DNA of 64,000 bases from Bacillota bacterium (lineage in GTDB: Bacteria; Bacillota; Sulfobacillia; JAJYWN01), in NCBI GenBank assembly GCA_021791495.1, contig JAJYWN010000060.1, forward strand, positions 141,591 to 205,590. Reading direction: 5' to 3'. Position 1 is the stretch's first letter. The number at the start of each line of letters is the position of its first letter. The notes beneath the pieces were generated by a model. The model was not told where the DNA came from and did not search any database. It saw only the letters and a program-made list of their open reading frames with translations. A program made the position numbers and the translations under genes. Below, piece after piece: positions 25,813 through 34,570 of this stretch.

Positions 25813-26265
25813 CGGTGTTCCGGGATCCCCGCCGCCGTCGGGGTAGTCGGGAAAGGCGGCTACCTTGATCAGGCGGAGCAGCTTCCTCTTCTCCTCGGGA
25901 GACAGGGTGAGGGCGGCCCGGCGGATGAGGGCGAGCCCTTCGGGCCAGGCAGAGTCGTCCTGGCCGCCTGCGCCTGGGCCGTAGGCGGTCCCTGGCTCGG
26001 TCACCGCGTCGGCACGCCCCAGAAGATAGTCCGTGGAAACAGAGAAGTAGTCGGCCAGGGCCTGGAGCGTTTCGTACGTGGGCATTCGCTTGCCGATCTC
26101 GTAGTGGGCCAAGGTCCCCCGGGGAATGTGGAGACGTGACGCCAGGTCCACCTGACGCAACCCCGCGTCCAACCTCAGTCTCCGCAACCTGTCGCCAAAG
26201 CCGCCTGACAATCTCTTGCCCCCCAACCGAGCCCATCGCCCATCCCGGGTGCGGTCGTTTCCCAT
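25810..26265 (-). CDS. XRE family transcriptional regulator
   Basis: The HTH is LRRLRLDAGLRQVDLASRLHIPRGTLAHYEIGKRMPTYETLQALADYFSVSTDYLL. Confidence 0.7.
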   Translation of the reverse strand: MGNDRTRDGRWARLGGKRLSGGFGDRLRRLRLDAGLRQVDLASRLHIPRGTLAHYEIGKRMPTYETLQALADYFSVSTDYLLGRADAVTEPGTAYGPGAGGQDDSAWPEGLALIRRAALTLSPEEKRKLLRLIKVAAFPDYPDGGGDPGTP

Positions 26266-26377
26266 CTATGCCTCTATTCTAACTGCGGAATGTGGCTCTG
26301 CGCTACCTCGATTAGGCCTCAGGGCAGCCGAATCGTAAAGGTCGAGTGCGGGAACCGCACATTTCCCGGCGAAGAAG

Positions 26378-26410
26378 CTTGACGTGTAGCGCATCGCTAC
26401 AATATACTTC
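26378..26410 (+). promoter_or_regulatory. Putative promoter (TTGACG, 18 bp, TATACT) overlapping the inverted repeat TGTAGCG-cat-CGCTACA
   Basis: It lies between the divergent XRE genes and was read directly. Confidence 0.35.
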
Positions 26411-26452
26411 TACCTAAAGAGACTTGCCCGGAGGACCGGAGGTAGCCAGGCC

Positions 26453-26653
26453 ATGGTCGTCAGACGCCGGCTCATCGCTCTCCGTCAGTCCAAAGGTATG
26501 ACCCAAGCCCAAGTGGCCCAAGCGCTGGGCCTGTCACGCGCATACTACACGCAGTTGGAGACGGGGCGACGGACCCCATCTCTGGACGTTGGGCTCCGAC
26601 TCGCCCGGTTCTTCGGAGTGTCTTTTGAAGAGCTTTTCGCCCCGCGGATGTAG
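26453..26653 (+). CDS. Small XRE family HTH regulator
   Basis: LIALRQSKGMTQAQVAQALGLSRAYYTQLETGRRTPS. The RBS is GGAGGT. Confidence 0.75.
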   Translation: MVVRRRLIALRQSKGMTQAQVAQALGLSRAYYTQLETGRRTPSLDVGLRLARFFGVSFEELFAPRM

Positions 26654-26702
26654 CGGTGGCGCGCGTGCCCCTTTCCACCACGAACAGGGGACGGAAATAG
26701 CC

Positions 26703-27374
26703 ATGCGTCAAGCCGTGACCCGGAAAGTCATAGAGGAATTGTCCCTTGCCCGTCTTTGGCCCAGAGACATCATCGAGGAATTCGCCGACTCCTACGTTGA
26801 GGCCGTCACGACCAAGCCCTTGGTCCTACTGGTCGGGTCGGCCGGAACTGGGAAGATGATGTGGACTTCGGTGGTAGCCCAGGCCCTTGGAGATGCCTGG
26901 CGGGCCGTGTCCGCGCGGCCGGCCTGTGACGGAGGCAAGAGTCTCTTCGGCGCCTACGATGCCTTCCTGCACAGGTACCGCCGGACAGAGGCTCTCGATT
27001 TCACCATAGACGCCCTGAACGAGTTTCGAGCCCACGGGCTTGCGGCGCAGCGCTACCACCTTTGCCTCTGCGGACTGCGCACGGCTGTGGCAGCCCCCTG
27101 CCTGGCGCCCGTGTTGCGTGCCCTGGAGACCCCGGAACGTCAGATTCGGCTGCACGATCAGCGCGACGAACTGAAAGTTGGGGTGGCCCGCACGCTGTTC
27201 CTGCCGACGAACCTGGTCATTGTGGCTTGCATTGATGACATGCCCGGTGGCGCGATCACCCACCCCACGGAGGGTAACCTCACGGAGGGTAACCTCGCTA
27301 AACTGGCCTTGAGGTTCCCCGACCTCCACCTCTCGCCAAACCTTTTTGCAGGAGGGGATGGGCGGCTCTGGTAG
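26703..27374 (+). CDS. P-loop (AAA-like) protein of unknown function with a 15-bp in-frame duplication (TEGNL x2)
   Basis: The ATG at 26703 gives MRQAVTRKVIEEL... Walker A is LVLLVGSAGTGKM and Walker-B-like is LVIVACIDD. The part of the ORF overlapping the upstream XRE gene is rejected. Confidence 0.45.
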   Translation: MRQAVTRKVIEELSLARLWPRDIIEEFADSYVEAVTTKPLVLLVGSAGTGKMMWTSVVAQALGDAWRAVSARPACDGGKSLFGAYDAFLHRYRRTEALDFTIDALNEFRAHGLAAQRYHLCLCGLRTAVAAPCLAPVLRALETPERQIRLHDQRDELKVGVARTLFLPTNLVIVACIDDMPGGAITHPTEGNLTEGNLAKLALRFPDLHLSPNLFAGGDGRLW

Positions 27375-27401
27375 AAGTGCCTCCCCGGAGAGGTGAGCGT
27401 C

Positions 27402-28784
27402 ATGCATTCCGTGGAGGCGACGTGCCGCGCCGTCTTAGATAAGTACAAAGTCCCCGACGATGTAGTCTTGCACTCTCTGGCCGTCAGGGACGTAGCGCTC
27501 TTCCTGGCCGATCGGCTGATAGCCGCCGGCGAGGAAGTCGACCGGGCGGTGGTGGAGGCAGCCGCCCTCCTACACGATGCAGACAAAGGGTCGCTGGCGC
27601 GGACCCGTTTCCCGGGACTACCGCACGGCCAGGGGTCCGCCAAGATAGCGGAGGCCGAGGGTTTCGCCGAGGCGGCGGCGCCTTGTGTCAGACACGCCAC
27701 CCACGCTCCCTTGCGCCCGGAGATGCGCCCGACCTCCTGGGAGGAGAAGCTCCTCTGGTACGCTGACAAGTCCACCTCCTACCGGTACCTGGGGCTGGAG
27801 CGCCGCCTATGGGAGTTCGAGCCCCCCGCCCCCGCGGGCACCGTGGCGCGGGTCATGCCCCACGCCCTTGAGATGGAGCGGGAAATCTTCCGCGCCCCGA
27901 CCTTGGCCCCCGCCGGGATCAGGCCGACGGATCTCCGTCGGCTGGTGGCCCGCCGTCCCGCCGGTGACCTTGACCTCGCCATCGGGACGACTTATGACTA
28001 TGGCGTGGAAATCGGGGAGATGTTCCGGCACGTGGCGGCCGCCGGGTTTACCTCTGTTTCGTTGGCGGGCGGAAATGTCGGGCATTCGGGCTACGACGCT
28101 CCCGCTGGGCGCGCCCGGCTGCTCCGCCTCTGCGCGGAGACGGGCCTGTCCATTTCGTCGGTACACGCTCCTTTTGCCAAGGGAATGACTTCGCCCGATG
28201 ATGGCGAGCGCCTGGCGGCGGTGGAGGGCGCCATCATGGCCTGCCACGCCGCGGCCGAACTCGGCGCGCCGGTGGTGGTGGTCCACACCTGGTCGTGGAC
28301 GCCGCGCCCCCTGGATGAGGCGGTCCAGGCGGCGGTGGACTCGGTGGGGCGGGTGTTGGCCGGCTGTCCGGATGGAGTGATGGTGGCCGTTGAGAATCTG
28401 CCCGTACCTGGCACGGAAACAGTGCTGGACGCCATTCTGAAGGCCTTTCCCCCGGACCGGGTTGGTTTCTGCTACGACACGTCCCATCACCACCTGCGTC
28501 CACGAGACTTCGATCTCCTCGGGGCCTTCGGCGACAGGCTCATCGCCACGCATGTGTCGGATAACCGCGGCGAGCGGGATGATCACCAGATCCCTTGGGA
28601 GGGGGCTATCGACTGGCGGGCCTTCGCCGCGTCTTTCGGTGCCACCGACTTTAGCGGCCCCTTCCTTCTTGAGGTCGAAACGCGGGAATCGCGCTTCAAA
28701 GACTCGCAGGCCTTCCTCAGGGCGGCCTTCGATGCGGCCCAGCGACTTCTGGGCTTGGCGGACCGGCTGGGCAACATGCCATAG
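27402..28784 (+). CDS. Fusion protein: N-terminal HD-domain phosphohydrolase (YqeK-like) plus C-terminal xylose-isomerase-like TIM barrel (sugar-phosphate isomerase/epimerase)
   Basis: The HD part has HSLAVRDVA..LLHDADK..WYADK. The TIM part has SISSVHAPFAK...ELGAPVVVVHTW..AVENL..CYDTSHHHL. The RBS is GGAGAGGTGA. Confidence 0.75.
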   Translation: MHSVEATCRAVLDKYKVPDDVVLHSLAVRDVALFLADRLIAAGEEVDRAVVEAAALLHDADKGSLARTRFPGLPHGQGSAKIAEAEGFAEAAAPCVRHATHAPLRPEMRPTSWEEKLLWYADKSTSYRYLGLERRLWEFEPPAPAGTVARVMPHALEMEREIFRAPTLAPAGIRPTDLRRLVARRPAGDLDLAIGTTYDYGVEIGEMFRHVAAAGFTSVSLAGGNVGHSGYDAPAGRARLLRLCAETGLSISSVHAPFAKGMTSPDDGERLAAVEGAIMACHAAAELGAPVVVVHTWSWTPRPLDEAVQAAVDSVGRVLAGCPDGVMVAVENLPVPGTETVLDAILKAFPPDRVGFCYDTSHHHLRPRDFDLLGAFGDRLIATHVSDNRGERDDHQIPWEGAIDWRAFAASFGATDFSGPFLLEVETRESRFKDSQAFLRAAFDAAQRLLGLADRLGNMP

Positions 28785-28863
28785 CCGACCTCTCCGGCGA
28801 GAACGGTGGTCGATTGCTATCGGCTCTCCGGTCGGATGGGCCGAATACTGGGAGGATTCCAGC

Positions 28864-30423
28864 GTGGAAAGCCCGTACATCTGCCGGTGCGAACGCATTA
28901 CTCTGGAGGACGTCTTGAGCGCGGTCCGCGGGGGCGCCACTTCGGTGGACGGCGTGAAGCGGCGTACGCGGGCCGGAATGGGGCCGTGCCAGGGGAAGAC
29001 GTGCAGCCGGATCATCGCCCGCATCATCGCCGCCGAGACGGCGATGTCCAGGGAAGAGGTGCTGCCGGCCAGGGTGCGTCCTCCCTTGCGCCCGTTGACT
29101 CTCAGGGAGCTGGCCCTGGCCGGATCCGAACCCAGCGACATGTTGGCGGTTCCGCCGCCGGTTTCCGCTCCGCCCGCCTTCGGCCTTCTGGCTGATGCCG
29201 GCGACGCCAACGACGCCGGCCGCCCGGACGGTACGGTCGTACACGGGGCGATGGCCGGCGAGGGCAGCCTAGCCGAGCGAAGCTACGAGTTTGTTGTCAT
29301 AGGCGGCGGCGCCGTGGGTTCGTCAATCACCTATCACCTGGCCCGCGCCGGTCGCGACGTCGCCCTCCTTGAAGCAAATGACCTGGCCACCGGTACTTCT
29401 GGTGCCACCCAGGCCTGGGTCTGGGTCCATAGCAAAACTCCACGCTACTATATGGAGCTGAACTGGCGGGGCGCCCGCCGGTATCCTGGGCTGTCCGAGG
29501 AGCTTGGGATCGACCTGGAGTACCGCCGCACCGGCGGGATGGTCGGCCTGTTCACTCAGGAAGAGGTCGACGCCTCCCGGAGGATGATGGAGTCAAACCA
29601 AGCCGCGGGCGTCGAGATACACCTCCTCACGAGGGAAGAAGCTCTCTCTATGGAACCGCGGCTGAGCCCGGAGATTCTGGCGGCTACCTATAGCCCGGTG
29701 GATGGGAACGTGAACCCATTCCGAGTCGTTCAAGGGTTTGCCGGGAAGGCAGCCTCTTTGGGAGCCCGTATTCACCTACGCACGGCGGTCAAGGCCTTGG
29801 AACCCGATGACGGCGGGAGCGCCAGCGGCCCCAGTCCTGGTGGCAACCGTGTAAACCGTAGTGGTTGGCTGGTTCGCACCAACCGGGGAGCCCTCCGTTG
29901 CCGCACCCTGGTAATTGCCGCCGGTTTCTACACACCGTCTGTGGCGCGCCTGGCGGGAGTGGACGTCCCTGTCCAGCCCGTACGCGGGCAGGTCCTTCTC
30001 ACCGAGGCGATGCCGCCCACGGTCCGGTTCACCCACCAGGGAGTGCGCCAGAACCCCACCGGCCAAGTAATGTTGGGCTACCTCAGCGAGAACGCCGGCT
30101 TCGACAAGTCCACCACCCTTTCCGGGTTGAGCCAGGTGGCGGATTGGGCCATACACTACATGCCTTCCTTCGCGGAGACGAAGGTTATCCACGCCTTCTC
30201 GGGCTTGCGTCCCATGCCAAAGGACAAGCTTTCTATCCTGTCTTGGGCGCGCCGAGACCCACCCCTGTTCGTGGCGGTGACGCATAGTGGAATCACCTTG
30301 TCGCCGGTCATAGGGGAACTGGTCTCGGAGGCGCTTATGAAGCAGGCAGACGGCGGCGCCGAGGCCGGTGTGCCACCCGCCGGTCTGGAGCCGTACGACC
30401 TGCGGCGTTTCGCGGCGAAGTAG
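28864..30423 (+). CDS. BFD-like [2Fe-2S] domain fused to an FAD-dependent DAO-family oxidoreductase (HcnA+HcnC / OoxB / SoxB-like)
   Basis: The GTG at 28864 follows a GGGAGGA RBS. The BFD-like block is YICRCERITLEDVLSAV..GMGPCQGKTC. The FAD-binding fingerprint is YEFVVIGGGAVGSSITYHLARAGRDVALLE. Confidence 0.8.
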   Translation: MESPYICRCERITLEDVLSAVRGGATSVDGVKRRTRAGMGPCQGKTCSRIIARIIAAETAMSREEVLPARVRPPLRPLTLRELALAGSEPSDMLAVPPPVSAPPAFGLLADAGDANDAGRPDGTVVHGAMAGEGSLAERSYEFVVIGGGAVGSSITYHLARAGRDVALLEANDLATGTSGATQAWVWVHSKTPRYYMELNWRGARRYPGLSEELGIDLEYRRTGGMVGLFTQEEVDASRRMMESNQAAGVEIHLLTREEALSMEPRLSPEILAATYSPVDGNVNPFRVVQGFAGKAASLGARIHLRTAVKALEPDDGGSASGPSPGGNRVNRSGWLVRTNRGALRCRTLVIAAGFYTPSVARLAGVDVPVQPVRGQVLLTEAMPPTVRFTHQGVRQNPTGQVMLGYLSENAGFDKSTTLSGLSQVADWAIHYMPSFAETKVIHAFSGLRPMPKDKLSILSWARRDPPLFVAVTHSGITLSPVIGELVSEALMKQADGGAEAGVPPAGLEPYDLRRFAAK

Positions 30424-30437
30424 AGAGGAGCTTTCCA

Positions 30438-32075
30438 GTGGGCCGGGACCTACGAATTATCAACCACCCTGCTCTGGGTGCCAGAACCGAGAAGCGGGTG
30501 GTCTTTTCTTTTGACGGCCGCGAAATAGAAGGTATTGAGGGCGAGCCCATCGCTGTGGCCTTGTATGCGGCAGGCATCAGGAAACTGGGCGCCCACGAGT
30601 ACACCGGAGAGCCTCGGGGCCTGTTCTGTGGGATCGGCCATTGTTTCGGCTGCCGGGTCACGGTAGATGGCGAGCCCAATGTCCGCTCCTGCATCGCCCC
30701 TCTGAGAGCGGGGATGGAGGTTCAGAGCCAGGGAAAGTTCCCCGGGGAGCCGGTAGCGTGGCAAGCCCCAGAGCAGACTCGTCAACGTCCAGAGGAGCCT
30801 CCGGCTCCCAGGCGGCACGTAGATGTGGTGGTCATCGGCGGTGGTCCGGCCGGCTTGTCCGCCGCTCTGGCCGCCGCTAACCAGGGCGCCAAGGTCATGG
30901 TCGTGGATGAACAGCATGAACTCGGCGGTCGTCTGCTGTCTCAAGTCCACGAAAACCCGCTGCGCAAAGGGGAGTGGTTCAATGGGCCGCGGATCGCCGC
31001 CGACTTGGCGGAGAACCTGGCTGCGGCCGGCGTGGAGTTCCGCCGTGAAACCCAAGCCTGGGGGGTGTGGCCACGATGGTTGGTGTCGATCACCGGACCG
31101 GGTGCCGAAGACGGCGAGTCGGTGGAAGCCTCCGCCGTAATCGTCGCTACCGGGGCGGCCCAAGCCTGCCAGCCTTTCCCGGGCTGGACTCTGCCGGGAG
31201 TCATTTCAGTGGGAGCCGCGCAGACCATGATGCACCGCTTCCGGCTACGCCCGGGTCACCGCTGCCTGGTGGTAGGCGCCGACCCCTTGGCCCTGGCCGT
31301 CGCCAGCGAATTGGCGACGCTGGGGTCCGAAGTCCTCAGCGCGGTGCTTCCGCCGCCTGGCCCAGCGGCAGGCGAACTGGCTGAGCCGAAGGAAGCCATC
31401 ACCTCCGTCAGCCGCCTCGCCGACATGGCCCCCAGCCCCTTCTTGCGGGGCGCGGGACGGGTCGTGTCGCGCGCGGCCGCGGCCGGGGCCATGAGCGCCA
31501 TGCTCTTCCCGAAACAGGGCATCAAGGTGCAGGGCGTTCCCTTGGCCTTACGGCGCTGCATCGTCCGAGCCGTGGGGGATGAAGAAGTCAAAGGGGCCGT
31601 CGTGGCCGACCTCACGGCGGACGGTAAGGCTGTCACGGGCAGCGAGACCACTGTGGATGTCGACTCCATCTGCGTCTCCGGGGACCTCTATCCCTTGGTG
31701 GAAGCGCTGGAGATGACGGGACAGTGCGCTTTTGCCTACGTCGAAGCTCTGGGTGGACGGGTGCCTCTCTATGGCCCCGACCTGCGGACCGGTAGCAGCG
31801 CGGGCGGACCCGGCAACGACGGCGCCCAAGGCAGTGGCCTGTTCGTGGCCGGAAGCGCCTCCGGTGTGGAGGGCGCCCAGGTAGCGATGGCCCAAGGGAG
31901 GCTGGCGGGACTCGGCGCCGCCGCATTCGCTGGGCGGGTCGCCCCCTCCGAACTGGTCGGCATGCTCGAACAGGCCGCGCGGGACGTGGCGACGGCAAGG
32001 CGCGAAGCGTTCCTGACCTTCCGGCCAGGCATACCCGAGGGGCGGGATTTCATGGCCAGGCATTGGCTGGCCTGA
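30438..32075 (+). CDS. HcnB/OoxA-like subunit: N-terminal 2Fe-2S (Fer2_4-type) plus FAD/NAD(P)-binding oxidoreductase
   Basis: FCGIGHCFGCRVTVDGEPNVRSCIAP and VDVVVIGGGPAGLSAALAAANQGAKVMVVDE. The GTG start has a GAGAGGAG RBS. Confidence 0.8.
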   Translation: MGRDLRIINHPALGARTEKRVVFSFDGREIEGIEGEPIAVALYAAGIRKLGAHEYTGEPRGLFCGIGHCFGCRVTVDGEPNVRSCIAPLRAGMEVQSQGKFPGEPVAWQAPEQTRQRPEEPPAPRRHVDVVVIGGGPAGLSAALAAANQGAKVMVVDEQHELGGRLLSQVHENPLRKGEWFNGPRIAADLAENLAAAGVEFRRETQAWGVWPRWLVSITGPGAEDGESVEASAVIVATGAAQACQPFPGWTLPGVISVGAAQTMMHRFRLRPGHRCLVVGADPLALAVASELATLGSEVLSAVLPPPGPAAGELAEPKEAITSVSRLADMAPSPFLRGAGRVVSRAAAAGAMSAMLFPKQGIKVQGVPLALRRCIVRAVGDEEVKGAVVADLTADGKAVTGSETTVDVDSICVSGDLYPLVEALEMTGQCAFAYVEALGGRVPLYGPDLRTGSSAGGPGNDGAQGSGLFVAGSASGVEGAQVAMAQGRLAGLGAAAFAGRVAPSELVGMLEQAARDVATARREAFLTFRPGIPEGRDFMARHWLA

Positions 32076-32274
32076 TGGCGGCACAGCGCCGGCAGGACGT
32101 CCGGTGCGCCATCAATCGGTGGAATCCATGTCAAAACCATGTATCACTTGCAAGCTGGCGATAATGGTGGTAATCTTGTAACGGTCTAAAATGTGTTTAG
32201 TGGTTACACGATTTCACGATAGGCCCAAACTAACAAGGCAGCAAACACGGTCAACCGGGGAGGAAGGTCGGAAC

Positions 32275-33243
32275 ATGAAAGAGCTACGCCATGCCACAAT
32301 TGACTGGGCTGGGAAACAGGGCTACGGGGTGGCCATCGTAGACCCCGCGGTGGTCGACGCGGCAGTCGCGGAGAACGCGGCTCGCCACCGCCGCGGCGAG
32401 ATCGCCGACGCGCTCTTTCAAACCTACTTGTCGAGTCACCCCGACTCTCTCCGCGCGGCAAAACCGTGGGTGTCCGCCGTTCTCGTCTTCTCCATGCCCA
32501 GCCCGGCCCAGCAGGTTACGTTCCGCACCAAGGGCCGGGCTTTCAAGGCCACTATCCCTCCCACCTACGCCGACGACGCCCCACCCAAGGCCGGCTTGGC
32601 CGAGAGGCTCGCAGCCCCCAGCGGCCCCCTTCAGGGGTGGAGGGTCGAACCTGTCCGTATACCTTTGAAGAACGTGGCCACCCGGACGGGGTTGGTGACC
32701 TACGGGCGGAATAACGTTACCTACTCCGGTAAGCTTGGCAGCTATCACCGGCTGGTGGCAGTGGCGACGGACGCCGACCTTGGAGGGGCGGCCCAGGCGG
32801 GCCAGGTGGCCTTGTCCGTCGAACCGGCCCGGACCCTCGCTCCGGAGTGCGAAGGCTGCGGCGTCTGCCTGGCCGTCTGCCCTACGGGCGCTATCAATGA
32901 GGACCGATTCGTCGTCCACGCCGAGCGCTGCCTGACCTTCCATAACGAGAAGACCGACCCCTGGGAGCCTTGGTTGAAACCGGCGTTTCACAACTGCCTG
33001 GTAGGCTGCATGGTCTGCCAGGATGGCTGTCCCAGGAACGCGGGCGCCCTGTCGTTCCTCGAGTCCCCGGCGGAGTTCTCGGAGGAAGAGACGGAATGCC
33101 TGTTGGCCAGCGCCGGCCGCGGCATTCCAGCAGGTGACCCGGTCTGGAACCGGGTGGTAGCGAAGATTCAGCAGATTGGATTGGGCGGGTACGAATCCGT
33201 CCTGGGCAGGAACCTGGCGGCGTTGCTTCAGGCAGGAAAATGA
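32275..33243 (+). CDS. QueG-family (epoxyqueuosine-reductase-like) Fe-S protein lacking the C-terminal HEAT domain
   Basis: LKNVATRTGLVTYGRNNVTYSGKLGSY matches the QueG cobalamin-proximal block. Two 4Fe-4S motifs are present: CEGCGVCLAVCPTGAI and CLVGCMVCQDGCPRN. The ATG at 32275 has a GGGAGGAAGG RBS. Confidence 0.6.
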   Translation: MKELRHATIDWAGKQGYGVAIVDPAVVDAAVAENAARHRRGEIADALFQTYLSSHPDSLRAAKPWVSAVLVFSMPSPAQQVTFRTKGRAFKATIPPTYADDAPPKAGLAERLAAPSGPLQGWRVEPVRIPLKNVATRTGLVTYGRNNVTYSGKLGSYHRLVAVATDADLGGAAQAGQVALSVEPARTLAPECEGCGVCLAVCPTGAINEDRFVVHAERCLTFHNEKTDPWEPWLKPAFHNCLVGCMVCQDGCPRNAGALSFLESPAEFSEEETECLLASAGRGIPAGDPVWNRVVAKIQQIGLGGYESVLGRNLAALLQAGK

Positions 33244-34232
33244 CCGTGGACGATCCGCCCCTGAGCCTCCAGGGGTCCAACCCAGTCCGTAGCCACGTCC
33301 ACCAGGAGCGGCGGCTGGCCGAGTTCCGCGAGAGTGAAATCGCGGAACTTCTGGCGCCCGAGTTTCACGACGGCACGTTCCATTAGGTTCTGTCCGAACA
33401 TTAGTCCTACGGTCGCGTCGACCGCCGTCAGTTCGCGCCCGGCCACCGCGATGCCCAAGTCCTTTATGACGTCGAAGTGACTCCAAGCCGTCGCGAAACG
33501 GCCGCCCTCCCAGAACACGACGGTGTGCCGGATCCCTTCGCACAGCCCAACCACGTCGAAGAGCGCCCGGTAGACCATGTCCACGTCAATGATACTTACC
33601 GCCAGATCGTCGTGGTAACGCAGGCGGGAGGGATGGGGGATCAAACCGAACAAGTTCTTCATTGTGAGACTGAAGTCACGGGAAGTCGGTGAGGTCATCT
33701 TGATCCGGGCCAGGTCGATGAGGGTGGACCCGCGCAGGTCAAACAGCCTCTGCGGTACTTGGCTGTACAATTCCGGGTGGGCGACGGGACCAAAGCGGTT
33801 CTCCACCAGTGCCCGGACCGACGACTCGTCCGCCGTGCGCCGGGCCCAGAAATCCTCCGTGATGTTAAGGTACTCCACCCCGTGCCGGTCGAGCACCTCG
33901 GCCAGGCCGGTACGATCCAGATAGGCTTTTTCCTGAGCGCGGATCCATTCCCGTTGCGCGTCCATGTTCTCGGGCGTTATCCGTTGCGATAGATCATTTC
34001 GCGAATGGGAGTGCCCTTCGATCACCAGCTTCTTCCCCGGCAAGGCGGAAAGAACCATGTCCAAGATGAACGGGTCCGTGAAGCTCCCCGGGCGCGGGTC
34101 GAACCAGTTGGGTTTGACGATGAAGAAGTCACCGGAAACGCCGGCGGTGTCAAGAACAGTCGCCAGCTCTCTTGGGCCATTGACAGTTCCCCACGTCACT
34201 AAGCCGGCGTTGTGCCCATTAGCGTCCGTCAT
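33228..34232 (-). CDS. DUF362 domain protein
   Basis: FIVKPNWFDPRPGSFTDPFILDMVL and IDLARIKMTSPTSRDFSLTMKNLFGLIPHPSRLRYHDD match DUF362 conserved blocks. Confidence 0.6.
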   Translation of the reverse strand: MTDANGHNAGLVTWGTVNGPRELATVLDTAGVSGDFFIVKPNWFDPRPGSFTDPFILDMVLSALPGKKLVIEGHSHSRNDLSQRITPENMDAQREWIRAQEKAYLDRTGLAEVLDRHGVEYLNITEDFWARRTADESSVRALVENRFGPVAHPELYSQVPQRLFDLRGSTLIDLARIKMTSPTSRDFSLTMKNLFGLIPHPSRLRYHDDLAVSIIDVDMVYRALFDVVGLCEGIRHTVVFWEGGRFATAWSHFDVIKDLGIAVAGRELTAVDATVGLMFGQNLMERAVVKLGRQKFRDFTLAELGQPPLLVDVATDWVGPLEAQGRIVHGHFPA

Positions 34233-34233
34233 G

Positions 34234-34524
34234 TCAGTCCTCGGCCACTATCTTGAAAACCACAGGCTTATTCGGGTCCGGGCACGAGACGAAAGTGGTG
34301 CCGGCTACCGCATCCCAAGGATGCCGACCCCCGAGTTCTACCACGCGCAAGTGCGGCCACAGGCTGTGGAAGGCCGCGGCGCAAAAATCGCTGGGGCAGC
34401 GTTCGAAATCGAAGGTGAATTCCTGCCCTTCGGTGTGCATGTGGCAGACCCCATGCTCTGGGTGGTCGGTCAGTTTGTGGACGATGATCTTGATTTTCTT
34501 GGGCTTGTTCAAAGAGTGTTCCAC
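34234..34524 (-). CDS. TIGR04076 family small protein
   Basis: KIKIIVHKLTDHPEHGV...EFTFDFERCPSDFCAAAFHSLWPHLRVVELGG..PWDA...FVSCPDPNKPVVFKIV is the family's pattern. The gene is 1 nt downstream of the DUF362 gene. Confidence 0.6.
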   Translation of the reverse strand: MEHSLNKPKKIKIIVHKLTDHPEHGVCHMHTEGQEFTFDFERCPSDFCAAAFHSLWPHLRVVELGGRHPWDAVAGTTFVSCPDPNKPVVFKIVAED

Positions 34525-34570
34525 GTCTCCAATTCCTCCATGTCCTTGGCATGAATCCTGGTGTCGCCAA

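Noticed and set aside
25208-26236. 342-aa minus-strand ORF spanning the pepF-2 3' end and the XRE gene
   Set aside because: It overlaps two well-supported genes and an intergenic terminator. Its composition is Arg/Pro/Gly-rich with no domains.
32284-33543. 419-aa minus-strand ORF antisense to the QueG-like gene
   Set aside because: It is a shadow ORF. The plus-strand frame has Fe-S motifs and QueG blocks.
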